Assembly (NCBI GenBank): GCA_022508345.1
Contig: JAFLVK010000001.1
Location: 164,371 to 228,370, forward strand
Reading direction: 5' to 3'
Source of the DNA: Clostridiales bacterium
Lineage (GTDB): Bacteria > Bacillota > Clostridia > Christensenellales > CAG-314
Length of the DNA stretch: 64,000 nt
The position numbers and the translations under genes were made by a program. Positions 27,075 through 37,149 of the stretch are shown in pieces. The notes beneath the pieces were generated by a model. The model saw only the letters and a program-made list of their open reading frames with translations. It ran no database searches and had not been told where the DNA came from. Each line of letters starts with the position of its first letter. Positions within the stretch are counted from its first letter, which is position 1.

Positions 27075-27172
27075 TGTACCACCTTAAATAGCGATTGTTA
27101 CTATTTATACAATATTATACTATTTGAGCACGTTTGTCAAGATTTAATATTGTCAAAGTTACGCGATTAAAG

Positions 27173-28813
27173 TTACTTGGAGGGGTTAAAGCTGTCCTTT
27201 AAGCCGACTATTTCGTTGAAAACAAGCCTGTCGCCCTTGCTGTCCTTGTCCAGTACGTAGTAGCCTACCCGCATAAATTGGAACCTATCCTCCACCTTGG
27301 CAGAAAGTAGACTGCGCTCAACCTTGGCGGTTACAACCTGCAAGCTGTCCTCGTTGAAGCGTTCGTTGAAGTCGGTTACGCCGTCAACAACATCGCACAG
27401 CAGGCTTTGCAACTTGCGAACGGTCACGTCAACGCACGTTTTGGCATCTACCCACTGTATAACGCCCTTTACCTTTACTCCACTTGTATCGTCGCCCGAC
27501 TTGGAATTGGGCACCACCGAACAACGCAGTTCAACAACTTCGCCGTCGCTGCCCAGCACTGCTTCGTCACAGTGAATGATATACGCACCCTTGAGCCTTA
27601 CGTATCCGTCGGGCTTCAGGCGGTAGTACTTGGGCGGGGGAACAAGCGCGAAGTCACTACGGTCTATATAAATCTCCTTGGAGAACGGAACGGACCTGTA
27701 CGTCACAACTTCCGCATTGCCGTTGTCTTCAACCGTCACTTCTTCTGCACCGTCGTAGTTGGTCAGCACAACCTTCAACGGGTCGAACACTGCCATTACA
27801 CGGTTTGCCGTGCGGTTGAGGTTGTCGCGAACACAGGACTGCAAATAGCTTTCCTGCACTTCGCTGTTTGCCTTGGACACGCCTATACGCTCGCAAAAGT
27901 CCTTGAGCGCTTCGGGTGGGTAACCGCGCCGTCTAAGTCCCGAAAGGGTGGGCATGCGGGGGTCGTCCCAGCCCATAACCTTGCCCTCGTCCACCAGCTT
28001 TTTGAGGTAACGCTTGGACATTATCGTATTGGTGACGTTCAAGCGGGCAAATTCAATCTGTTGCGGAAGAGGCTTTTTGAAGCCGCACTCGCGTACAACC
28101 CAGTCGTACAGCGGGCGGTGATCTTCGAATTCCAACGTACATATAGAGTGCGTGATACCCTCGTGCGCGTCCTCGATTGGGTGTGCGAAGTCGTACATGG
28201 GATAGATACACCATTTGTCGCCCGTGTTGTGGTGCGTTGCGTGTAGCACCCTGTAAATTACTGGGTCGCGCATGTTGAGGTTAGGTGAAGCCATGTCAAT
28301 TTTTGCACGCAGCACCTTGGAGCCGTCGGGATATACGCCGTCACGCATTTCGTAAAACAGCTTGAGGTTTTCTTCCACACTTCTGTTGCGGAATGGGCTT
28401 TCAACGCCTGCGTCGTAAAGCGTTCCACGGCGCTCGCGAATTTCCTCCGCCGTTTCGTCGCTGACATACGCCAAGCCCTTTTTGATAAGCTTTACAGCGC
28501 AGTCAAACATCACGTCGAAGTAGTCGCTGGCAAACAAAATCTTGTCCCACTTAAATCCCAGCCACTCAATATCCGACTTGATGCTCTCAACGTACTCTAC
28601 GTCTTCCTTGCTGGGGTTGGTGTCGTCGAAACGCAAATTGCACTTGCCCTTGTACTTGCTCTTTATGCCGAAGTTGATGCACAGGCTCTTTGCGTGACCG
28701 ATATGTAAGTATCCGTTTGGCTCGGGCGGAAAGCGCGTGTAAACCTTTTTGACCTTTCCGCTTGCCAAATCATTGTCTATGATGTCTTCGATAAAATTTT
28801 TAAATTCACTCAT
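27173..28813 (-). CDS. glnS: Glutamine--tRNA ligase
   Basis: RFPPEPNGYLHIGHAKS (HIGH), TIMSKRYL (KMSKS variant of GlnRS), and the C-terminal anticodon-binding beta-barrel region. Confidence 0.93.
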   Translation of the reverse strand: MSEFKNFIEDIIDNDLASGKVKKVYTRFPPEPNGYLHIGHAKSLCINFGIKSKYKGKCNLRFDDTNPSKEDVEYVESIKSDIEWLGFKWDKILFASDYFDVMFDCAVKLIKKGLAYVSDETAEEIRERRGTLYDAGVESPFRNRSVEENLKLFYEMRDGVYPDGSKVLRAKIDMASPNLNMRDPVIYRVLHATHHNTGDKWCIYPMYDFAHPIEDAHEGITHSICTLEFEDHRPLYDWVVRECGFKKPLPQQIEFARLNVTNTIMSKRYLKKLVDEGKVMGWDDPRMPTLSGLRRRGYPPEALKDFCERIGVSKANSEVQESYLQSCVRDNLNRTANRVMAVFDPLKVVLTNYDGAEEVTVEDNGNAEVVTYRSVPFSKEIYIDRSDFALVPPPKYYRLKPDGYVRLKGAYIIHCDEAVLGSDGEVVELRCSVVPNSKSGDDTSGVKVKGVIQWVDAKTCVDVTVRKLQSLLCDVVDGVTDFNERFNEDSLQVVTAKVERSLLSAKVEDRFQFMRVGYYVLDKDSKGDRLVFNEIVGLKDSFNPSK

Positions 28814-28898
28814 TATTTTGACTTTCGTCCTTATTTATTTGGATTTTACTTTGTATAAGAATAATTTTGAAACCTCCGATGGATTCAAGCGGTTCAAT

Positions 28899-30407
28899 TT
28901 ATTCTTCGTCTGAGGGAACGTACTCAGGAGCAACGTCGTCCATTTCGTCTTGCGGGGGCTCGCCGTTGCTTTGCTCAGCGGGTTGCTCGCTAGTTACGCG
29001 GATACCGTGTTGCATCAAATATTCCTCGTCCACGAAACGAACAATCTTGCCCAGCCAGAAAATGGGAATGTTGCCCGTTTCACCGTTACGGTGCTTGGCT
29101 ATAATCAGGCTGTACTTGGTGTTTCCGCCACCGTCCGACTCCTTGTGTATGAACATGACGATGTCGGCGTCCTGCTCGATTGCGCCCGATTCGCGCAAGT
29201 CGGACAGTACAGGTTCGCCACCGCCTGTGGAGCCGTCCTTACCCTTGATGTTGCGGATTTCCGCATCACGCTTCAACTGTGACAGCGCAATTACGGGAAC
29301 ATTGAGCTCCTTGGCAAGCAGCTTCAATGCACGGGATATTGCAGCAACTTCCTGCTGTCTGCCGTCGCTGCGTGACTTGTCGCCACCCGACATCAACTGG
29401 ATGTAGTCGATGAGCACCATGTCCAAGCCGTGTTGCGCCTTGAGCCTGCGGCACTGAGAGGCAATTTCCGACGGCTTGATGTTAGCGTAGTCGTTACCGT
29501 ACAGGCGCATAGATGAACATATGGTCTCTTGTGCAACTCTCAGCTTTGTAAGGTCGCTTGCGCCACCGGGGAGCTGACCGCTCTTGATGTATTCAAGGGG
29601 CACCGTGGACATACTGGACAGCAGACGTTCGATGAGCTGTTGGTTGCTCATTTCCAAGCTGAACACCGCTACCGTCTTGCCCTGCTTTGCCACGTGCTCG
29701 ACAATGTTCATTGAAAGCGCCGATTTACCCACACCGGGACGGGCAGCAATGACAATTAGCTCGCCGCCGTGCAGTCCGTTTGTGATACGGTCAAGACGCC
29801 TGATACCAGTTTGTATTCCGCGGAATTTGCCGGGGTTGAGGAAACGCTCGTTGATTTCCCACAATGCCCGCGACGTGTCGTCAGCCAAGGAAACCAAACC
29901 GCCGTTTGCACCACCCTGCGAAAGCTTGAATATTTCCTCTTCCGCGTAGGTGATTGCTTCCTCGGCGCTACTTGCACTTCTCGCTTTTTGCGTGACGTCG
30001 CTGCAAATACGGATAAGCTGGCGCATCTTGGAAGCGCGCAGCACAATGGACAGATACTCGTCGTAATTTGCCGTGCTGGGAAGAAAATCGTTCAGTCGCG
30101 TTATGTAGTCGATGTCGCCTACAGCGGCTAACTGCCCGTTACGTCTCAGGTGGTCGATTACCGAGGCGATATTTACGGTGTTTGCCCTGTTTTCGTCCCC
30201 CGAACGGTGCGTTTCCGAGTTGATTTCGCGCATTGCGGAAAAAATCACCGAGTGATTGTTTTGATAAAAATCTTCAGGCTTCAACGCCGCAATTATTTCC
30301 GCCTGGAATGCTTCGTCACGCAATATACAGCACAAAACACTCTGTTCCGCCTCTACGCTGTTGGGCATTGTTACGGTTGCAGCTACCTGTTCTTTCTTGG
30401 CTGGCAT
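28899..30407 (-). CDS. dnaB: Replicative DNA helicase DnaB with acidic C-terminal extension
   Basis: PNSVEAEQSVLCCIL N-terminal domain, Walker A AARPGVGKSALSMN, LIDYIQLM, and RNGETGNIPIFW. Start set at ATG 30407 after AAGGAGG. Confidence 0.92.
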   Translation of the reverse strand: MPAKKEQVAATVTMPNSVEAEQSVLCCILRDEAFQAEIIAALKPEDFYQNNHSVIFSAMREINSETHRSGDENRANTVNIASVIDHLRRNGQLAAVGDIDYITRLNDFLPSTANYDEYLSIVLRASKMRQLIRICSDVTQKARSASSAEEAITYAEEEIFKLSQGGANGGLVSLADDTSRALWEINERFLNPGKFRGIQTGIRRLDRITNGLHGGELIVIAARPGVGKSALSMNIVEHVAKQGKTVAVFSLEMSNQQLIERLLSSMSTVPLEYIKSGQLPGGASDLTKLRVAQETICSSMRLYGNDYANIKPSEIASQCRRLKAQHGLDMVLIDYIQLMSGGDKSRSDGRQQEVAAISRALKLLAKELNVPVIALSQLKRDAEIRNIKGKDGSTGGGEPVLSDLRESGAIEQDADIVMFIHKESDGGGNTKYSLIIAKHRNGETGNIPIFWLGKIVRFVDEEYLMQHGIRVTSEQPAEQSNGEPPQDEMDDVAPEYVPSDEE

Positions 30408-30483
30408 CTTAGCCTCCTTAGTGATACGCAAATAGCCCCGTGTTGTACACCGAGCGCCAATTTACGCATAATATGCTAGCCTA

Positions 30484-30512
30484 ATTATACTGTATTTACC
30501 TTTATAAAGCAA
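30484..30512 (-). promoter_or_regulatory. Sigma-70-type promoter for dnaB (TTGCTT-17-TATAAT)
   Basis: Minus strand reads TTGCTT tataaaggtaaatacag TATAAT, about 75 nt upstream of the dnaB ATG. Confidence 0.5.
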
Positions 30513-30546
30513 TAAAATCTTTGAAAATTTTAAAATTATTGCAACA

Positions 30547-31788
30547 CTACATGGGCTCCTGCTCCACGGGGCGTTGCTCTGCACCGTGTGCGATAACCTG
30601 GTCTACGCGCTTGTAGCTGTTTTTGCGGATGAGTTTCGTTTCCACAAGCTGCTCCCCTTGGTAGTACTTCAGATATGATTGCGTTTTCACCCCGTCGGAG
30701 CCGCTTGTAACCACCTTGGTCTGGTCGGTGTAGATAAGGTCGGGATATTTGTCGGTGTCAACAACGTATGTTGTGCTAAATTTGTCCCGCTCCTCCACGC
30801 TTACGCGCTCAATGCGGTACACATTGGGCTCGCCGTACACCGTAAAGGTTACGCTTTTGCCCTGCGTTGTAGCGGCAATGTATATGGGGTGGTTGGTATT
30901 GTTGGTAAAGGTCAAGTCTGCCGAGCCGTAGCTTACCATGGCGTCAAAGCCCGCCTTGACGTAGGAGGAAATAAGTGAGTGCTGCACGGCATGAGGAACA
31001 AAGCCCGCAAGCAGCAGCGCGTTGTACAGCGTTGTGGATACCTGACACACGCCTCCGCCAACGCCCTCGGTATAGTTGCCGTCCAGTATCACCTTGGATA
31101 GCTTGTAACCGCGCTCAACTGTTCTGTCTCCCACTATGTCGTTAAAGGAAAATGTTTCGCCCACACCTACAGTTGTGCCGTCGATAGCATCGGCGGCCTT
31201 TGCAATGTTGTAACAGCGGTTAGCAGCACTATTTGCGTAGGTTGTAGTAAAAGTGGATTTCAACACCGTGTTTTGCTTCAATTCTGTCACAGTAACGGCC
31301 TTGTCCACCGTAAGCGGAAGGGTCAGTCGCAGCTGCTTCCCGTTGGAACGCAACGCCTGCTCAAACAGTTTTTGTGCGTTTATCTTCACCCCATTGCGTC
31401 CGTTAGCGTAGCAGAAGCCGTTTTTACCAAATGTAACGGAGGCGTCCTGTCTTGCACAGTTGACGTAATTAAAATGCGAAAGAAGCTTGGAAAAGTTGGG
31501 CAACAGATACTCGTACACTGCAACTTCGTCCACGCCGGTACCAAGTAACTGTCGGTACAATTCACCCTTGGCCTTACGCCCCAGATAGAACCCACGTTTT
31601 TCCGCCTGCGCCTCCAGACCCTTTATTTCCTTTTGCAGATTGTACGCGACAACGTCGCCCTTGTACTCCACAGTGAACTGCACGTTCCATGGAGCAAGAG
31701 ATTCGGCAAAAGCAACGTCCTTGCTACAAATAAAAATGCCCGTGAACAACACGAGCATAATTGTCAATACTGTAAAAATTTTTTTCAT
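30547..31788 (-). CDS. VanW-family protein with C-terminal G5-like domain
   Basis: N-terminal signal/anchor. The VanW core is GETFSFNDIVGDRTVERGYK...GVGGGVCQVSTTLYNALLLAG. The C-terminus TKVVTSGSDGVKTQSYLKYYQGE is G5-like. Confidence 0.85.
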   Translation of the reverse strand: MKKIFTVLTIMLVLFTGIFICSKDVAFAESLAPWNVQFTVEYKGDVVAYNLQKEIKGLEAQAEKRGFYLGRKAKGELYRQLLGTGVDEVAVYEYLLPNFSKLLSHFNYVNCARQDASVTFGKNGFCYANGRNGVKINAQKLFEQALRSNGKQLRLTLPLTVDKAVTVTELKQNTVLKSTFTTTYANSAANRCYNIAKAADAIDGTTVGVGETFSFNDIVGDRTVERGYKLSKVILDGNYTEGVGGGVCQVSTTLYNALLLAGFVPHAVQHSLISSYVKAGFDAMVSYGSADLTFTNNTNHPIYIAATTQGKSVTFTVYGEPNVYRIERVSVEERDKFSTTYVVDTDKYPDLIYTDQTKVVTSGSDGVKTQSYLKYYQGEQLVETKLIRKNSYKRVDQVIAHGAEQRPVEQEPM

Positions 31789-32600
31789 ATACCCAATATC
31801 TTTCGAGTGTAGACGTTTGGCGAAAAACTCTTTGTTCCCAGCTCGACGCCGTGCACGTAATCGTGGAAATCGCTGCCGCCTGTCACTATGAGTTTGTACT
31901 TTTTCGCCATCTTGTTGTAGAAATTACGCTCGGGCATATTGTGTGTAAAATAGTTGGCTTCAATACCTGCCAACCCCGCTTTCACCAACGGTTTCAAAAA
32001 CTCTTCAAATTCCCTTTCGTTCATATGCAGCTGCTTGGGGTGCGCAAGGACGGGAATACCGCCAAACTGCAACGTGAAGCGCACAACCTCAACAGGGGTG
32101 AGCCTGCGCGTCTGCACAAAGCAGCACTTGCCCGTACCGACGTATCTTTCAAAGGCGTCGGCAACGTCCTTTGCCGCTCCCAGCCTCACCATTTCGCGAG
32201 CGATGACGGCACGGCCGACGGAGTTGACCTTTTGTTTCAGCGCATCAAGATCGATGTCTATCCCGTGTTCGTGAAGCTTGCCCACAATTGCGATGTTTCG
32301 CTGATTGCGCAAATCGGATATACGCTCCATTGCCACGCGGAACTCGGGATTATCGATGTCGACGTTGTACGCCAGCATGTGTACGTCCAGCCCGTTTAGC
32401 ACACTGGATATTTCCGCCCCGACAACGTATTTCAACCCCAGTTCGTGAGCGCGCCCCCTTGCACGTTCAACGCCCTGAAAGGTGTCGTGGTCGGTGATTG
32501 CAATGCAGTCCAGTCCGCGCTCCTTCGCCATCTCGACAATAGCTTCGGGAGCAAACAAGCCGTCCGAACAGTTGGTGTGTATGTGTAAATCGCACTTCAT
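31785..32600 (-). CDS. PHP-domain metal-dependent phosphoesterase (TrpH/YciV-like)
   Basis: MKCDLHIHTNCSDG...AITDHDT...HMLAY...AHP...GGSDFH histidine/aspartate ligand pattern. Start set at ATG 32600. Confidence 0.85.
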   Translation of the reverse strand: MKCDLHIHTNCSDGLFAPEAIVEMAKERGLDCIAITDHDTFQGVERARGRAHELGLKYVVGAEISSVLNGLDVHMLAYNVDIDNPEFRVAMERISDLRNQRNIAIVGKLHEHGIDIDLDALKQKVNSVGRAVIAREMVRLGAAKDVADAFERYVGTGKCCFVQTRRLTPVEVVRFTLQFGGIPVLAHPKQLHMNEREFEEFLKPLVKAGLAGIEANYFTHNMPERNFYNKMAKKYKLIVTGGSDFHDYVHGVELGTKSFSPNVYTRKILGI

Positions 32601-32655
32601 ATCCAAAATATACCAAATTTTGCAAAAGGTGTCAAGTACCTCACAAGTTCGCAAC

Positions 32656-35600
32656 TTACAGCATATTCATCAGTTCGTGGTAGGTTATGATGTCGAAGTC
32701 TACCTGCTTGATGTCGGCGTTAAACACCTTGTTGGTAACCATGTAGCTTTGCACCGTGTAACCATCGGTATGCTGCACGTTTAACGCCTTTAAGATGGGC
32801 TGCAGGTGCTTTTCAAGATACTTTATCCGCGCCGAAAATTTCTCGTCCTTTTTGTCCGAAATGAAAAATGTGTATTGGTGGTTGTAATATTCTCTGGTGG
32901 AACCCACCATTATCAAAAATTTACATTCGATGTTCCACACCCTTTTGTTGGCGGTATCAACTGCAACAATGTCGTAATCGCCCAGCTCTTCCGGGTGCCC
33001 GTAGCTTTTGTCCAATTTGTGCAGCTTCAAGTCTTTCCTTGTATCCAAGCCCAGCGCTTTGAATTTGTTTGCAATATCCTCCTCCATTTTCTTTTCGCAC
33101 AGTGCTTTCCATTCTTTAAGCTTTGCCATTGTCGAATCTAACCCGTATTCGTACGGAGGGTAAAACTGCACAATTCCCGATTGCCACATCGTACTTAACT
33201 CGTACATTACCGCAGGGGAAAATATCAGCATATCGTTGTGCTTTACAATGGGGCGCACTTCGAACCTGTAATCACGCCCCTCTCTGTGCCACAGGGGAAC
33301 AAACTGCTCCTTTTTGCCCTTCAAGTCTTTTATCCTGTCGCCTTGCGCAATCAGGTAATCCAATGCGTCGAATACGCCCTGTAGCTTCTCCTCCTCAAAA
33401 CCTTCTAACCAGCTTATTATGTCTTCCTTTACCGCTGCTTGCGGTATTTCAAACACGTCCGGGCAAGCCTCCTGCTGAAATGTGTGGTAGAACTCTCTGT
33501 AAAAATAGGAGCATACAAGCCAAATGCAATCCAGGCTGACTTTGGTGTCATTGTAAAAGCATTCCTTAACCTGCCTCACCATTTCCTCGTCCTTTTCCAA
33601 TAGCGGTCGGTAATCAACATTGTCGTAAAATCGCTTGTTTCGCCTGAGAGCCAATTCCGATTGCTCGTCGTTATGAACGGTGGAAACTCTGTAGTCCTCT
33701 TCAATTTGCACCTTGGTTTCGAAAAGATTGTAGTGTGCTTGGTCGGCGCAATCTTGCAACACCACCAACCAGTGCGAATATGCAATCAACTCTTTCAAGT
33801 TGTCATCTGTTAGCTTTGTTGATTTAGCTGTGTGCTCTATTGCCAGGTTGGTGTCAATGATATAAAGCAAATCGCGTATGGTTTCCTTGTTGCGCTCCCT
33901 GCTGTTCAGAGTGTTTGCGCCGGTCGTCTGCTGCGCATCCGCGCTCAAATTGCTTTTCTGTATTAGCGCATACCGTTGAAAATTTATGTTTTTGTTGTGT
34001 ATGTTGTACGCCAATTCGGAAAGCAACGCCTTGTGCAGTTCTATCCTGTCGTATTGGGCGATTGCCTCTTCGAAATGGGGAATGACTATCTGCTGAATTG
34101 ACCTTATCGTTTTAGTAGCCTGCTCTGCCGTGTACACGCCACTTTTCACGTTGGCTTTTTTGCAGTCGTAGGCAATCTTTTTTCTGACGTTTATGTAGTG
34201 TTTGTCGTCAAGCTTGATACCAATGTTTTTATCCGACATAAAGCATTTGATTTCTATTTTCATGGCTTCGATGTCTTTTTTGTCGGTGCGCGCGCCGTCT
34301 ATTGCCTTGCATATTTCCGCGTAGTTTACAGATGGGAAATCTTGCACACACAGCAACAGCTCCTTCAAAAAGTCGCATTCCACCGACTTGTCCTCGCTTG
34401 CCATGATGTCATCGAAAAGCTGCTGTTCATTTACCGCAAAACGGATAAGGATTCTGTCTTGCTCAATACGCGCGTCGCTGTACACGTATTTTCTGCTTGG
34501 GTCGAAGAATGCGTCGCCGAAGTTATCCCTGGCATATTTCGTGGGGATATACAACACATGCACGCCTGTACAATTGTACAAGCCGTTTTCGCACAAAGAT
34601 TTCTCGTGCGTAACAAAATTGTGCATGCACACTTCCTCAATCATTCGTATTATTTCTATACGCTGGTGGACACCGTCGTCGAAATCTAAAAGTGTGGCGT
34701 TGTGTGTCAAAAACAAATAGGAGGAAGCTACCTTTCGGAAATACCCGCCAAGATCCCTTGCGGCTTTGTTGGTCAAGGTTACAAAACCTTTTTCCGCCCT
34801 GTAATCAGCTATCCATCTACATGGGTTATCGAACGTGTAAGTGTATTTTTCAAACGGATACCAAGCTGCAAGGGTCCTGTACTCCTCGAACAGGCTCCAT
34901 TCCAACACATACACGCCGGCATACACCGCATTTATTTCCACCGCGCCCTGCGAAAACTCCTTGTTTTGCTTCAACCATGCCTCGTATAGCCCTGCTATTC
35001 CCCAAAAATCGAAGTTTATTATTTGCCCACTGTATAGCTTTGTGAAGAATTCACACACGTCTTTTACATGGCGCGTCCTGTACAGCAACGCAATGATATC
35101 GTACACAAAGTAATGTATCGCTTCATTTCTTTCAAACGCTTTCATTGCGTAATCCAGCATGAGGTGGTTGTCGTATACTACCACCACCGCATTCTCAATA
35201 GGAGAAAAATCGTATACGTTTACGCGATTGGAATCGGTAAATTCCGCAATCTTCAACTGCTTGTTTTTGACCAATGAGTTTATCTGTTTTTCCAGCTTTT
35301 TGATATCTCGTTTTTCAATGTTGTCTTCATTAAGCAACAAAACAAGAGACCGCTCACCCACAATTGCAAAATTAAACAGTAATTGCTGCGCAATTTTCTG
35401 AGTAGGCAAATCCTCCACAACGCCTACATTCAGCATCAGATTTTTACTGTCAGGGTTCAATACTATGTTGCTTTGAAGCGCGTCGTACATTGCCAGGTTA
35501 GCCGCTTCGCACACCTGTGTTTTCGTTAAATTGCAATTGAGAAACAGCAATTGAAAAGCATCTACAATAATACCTGCATTAAACAGCGCATAGGTGCCGT

Positions 35601-36267
35601 TTTTTACCACGACAAAGTGCGCTTCTTCAATTTCGCTTTTCTTTTCATTTGTCAAGCCGTTGAGGACACTGCCATTGCTTAACTTGCGCACACGATACCA
35701 CTTTTTGCATGCGTCGAAAAAGCTTTTCTTAGGCAAGTGCAGCTGTGTTAGACTGCTGTTTTCATCATATGGATTTGCTGCACCCAATGCGCGCACCATA
35801 TCTTGGACATACACTAACACTTCTTCAAGTTGAGACACGAAGTCAAACTTTCTGGCGATAGGATACATGCTTTGCATCATCGGAAACACGAAATTGTGTC
35901 CCGTGCCTAAAAACACAGGATAAAATTTTTCGTTATATGCCACTTTAATATCCCCGAAATCGGGCAAAATATTGTCGTAATTCGTGTCTACAAAAAACTG
36001 CTTGATTTTATTGAAAAATTGAGTAAATTCCGAGTACGTTTGCAATCTTTTTTCACCCTTGCGTTCGCAAACAGTCAGGGCGTAATTTAGCGTCAGGCCA
36101 AATTGCAGCTGCACCTTGTTGGATCGCCACGCGTTTATACAAAAAACTGCCCGACACAAATCGAAATAGTTGTAGGTTGAAAATATGGGGGCTAATGTAC
36201 CCGCCAATTTTTTGTCATACAATGTTTGTTTCAAAAACTCCTTCATTCCCGTCTCAAGCATCTTCAT
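32656..36267 (-). CDS. Large (1203 aa) uncharacterised protein with C-terminal PD-(D/E)xK nuclease-like core
   Basis: Long uninterrupted ORF with RBS AGAGGAG, its own upstream terminator (36459-36487) and a candidate promoter. I could find no NTPase motif. Near the C-terminus, GDYDIVAVD...VWNIECKF fits the D...(D/E)xK motif. Confidence 0.7.
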   Translation of the reverse strand: MKMLETGMKEFLKQTLYDKKLAGTLAPIFSTYNYFDLCRAVFCINAWRSNKVQLQFGLTLNYALTVCERKGEKRLQTYSEFTQFFNKIKQFFVDTNYDNILPDFGDIKVAYNEKFYPVFLGTGHNFVFPMMQSMYPIARKFDFVSQLEEVLVYVQDMVRALGAANPYDENSSLTQLHLPKKSFFDACKKWYRVRKLSNGSVLNGLTNEKKSEIEEAHFVVVKNGTYALFNAGIIVDAFQLLFLNCNLTKTQVCEAANLAMYDALQSNIVLNPDSKNLMLNVGVVEDLPTQKIAQQLLFNFAIVGERSLVLLLNEDNIEKRDIKKLEKQINSLVKNKQLKIAEFTDSNRVNVYDFSPIENAVVVVYDNHLMLDYAMKAFERNEAIHYFVYDIIALLYRTRHVKDVCEFFTKLYSGQIINFDFWGIAGLYEAWLKQNKEFSQGAVEINAVYAGVYVLEWSLFEEYRTLAAWYPFEKYTYTFDNPCRWIADYRAEKGFVTLTNKAARDLGGYFRKVASSYLFLTHNATLLDFDDGVHQRIEIIRMIEEVCMHNFVTHEKSLCENGLYNCTGVHVLYIPTKYARDNFGDAFFDPSRKYVYSDARIEQDRILIRFAVNEQQLFDDIMASEDKSVECDFLKELLLCVQDFPSVNYAEICKAIDGARTDKKDIEAMKIEIKCFMSDKNIGIKLDDKHYINVRKKIAYDCKKANVKSGVYTAEQATKTIRSIQQIVIPHFEEAIAQYDRIELHKALLSELAYNIHNKNINFQRYALIQKSNLSADAQQTTGANTLNSRERNKETIRDLLYIIDTNLAIEHTAKSTKLTDDNLKELIAYSHWLVVLQDCADQAHYNLFETKVQIEEDYRVSTVHNDEQSELALRRNKRFYDNVDYRPLLEKDEEMVRQVKECFYNDTKVSLDCIWLVCSYFYREFYHTFQQEACPDVFEIPQAAVKEDIISWLEGFEEEKLQGVFDALDYLIAQGDRIKDLKGKKEQFVPLWHREGRDYRFEVRPIVKHNDMLIFSPAVMYELSTMWQSGIVQFYPPYEYGLDSTMAKLKEWKALCEKKMEEDIANKFKALGLDTRKDLKLHKLDKSYGHPEELGDYDIVAVDTANKRVWNIECKFLIMVGSTREYYNHQYTFFISDKKDEKFSARIKYLEKHLQPILKALNVQHTDGYTVQSYMVTNKVFNADIKQVDFDIITYHELMNML

Positions 36268-36458
36268 TACTCCTCTTTTGTGACACTATTTGCGCAAATA
36301 ACACACCACAACATGCCATTTTTTCACTTGCAACACAACATTCCCACCCAAGCTATTGTAACAGCTATCTTGCCACCATATCATCGCATTACATATAATA
36401 TATACCGCATTTACATCAATTTTGTTAAGCACATTGCCACATATTAGCTTTTTGCAAC

Positions 36459-36487
36459 AAAAAAGAGCGTACACTGGGTACACTCTT
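36459..36487 (-). terminator. Rho-independent terminator after pgmB
   Basis: Minus sense agagtgtac-ccag-tgtacgctct (9-bp stem with one G-U) followed by TTTTTT. Confidence 0.7.
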
Positions 36488-36506
36488 ACTGTCGCATGTT
36501 TAACAA

Positions 36507-37148
36507 TCAATTCCCCTTCAGTTGCAGAATGTCGGACAGCTTGTTGATTTTGTAATTCGATTTTTCATAACTTGCCGCTACACCTATACCAACGGTTGTG
36601 AAACCGCCTGCATTACCTGCGTCAATACCGGATTCAGCATCCTCCACAACCAGGCACTTATCCGGTGGTAGCTGTAGCATATTCGCCGCCTTCAAAAACA
36701 CTTCCGGATCGGGTTTCGACTTGGTCAGTCCGTTTCCGTCGGAAATAGCGTCAAATATCTCAAGTATCCCAAGCCGTTCCAAAATGAAACGGGTATTCTT
36801 GCTAGACGAACCGATTGCAATCGGTACACCACGGTGCTTAAGACTGCACAACGTGAACATTACATCCTCACTCACATCATTGGGAGAAAGGTTTGTCAAC
36901 AGTTGCTTATAAATGTTGTTTTTAGTTTCGCACAACGACGCCTTTTCCTGTGAAGAAAGCTTGCCATCGTACTTTTCCAAAATAATTTCCAGGCTTTGTT
37001 CTCTACTTACACCGCGCAATCTGTCGTTTATTTTTTCGTCAAAGTAAACGCCCAACGGTTCTACCGCCTGTTTCCACGCCAGATAATGAAAGCGGTCGGT
37101 AAAGCATATAACTCCGTCTAAATCAAAAATTACACCCTTGTACTGCAT
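36507..37148 (-). CDS. pgmB: Beta-phosphoglucomutase (HAD superfamily)
   Basis: VIFDLDGVICFTDRFHYLAWK, LRGVSREQSLEIIL, AIGSSSKN, and VVEDAESGIDAGNAGG. Confidence 0.85.
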   Translation of the reverse strand: MQYKGVIFDLDGVICFTDRFHYLAWKQAVEPLGVYFDEKINDRLRGVSREQSLEIILEKYDGKLSSQEKASLCETKNNIYKQLLTNLSPNDVSEDVMFTLCSLKHRGVPIAIGSSSKNTRFILERLGILEIFDAISDGNGLTKSKPDPEVFLKAANMLQLPPDKCLVVEDAESGIDAGNAGGFTTVGIGVAASYEKSNYKINKLSDILQLKGN

Positions 37149-37149
37149 A

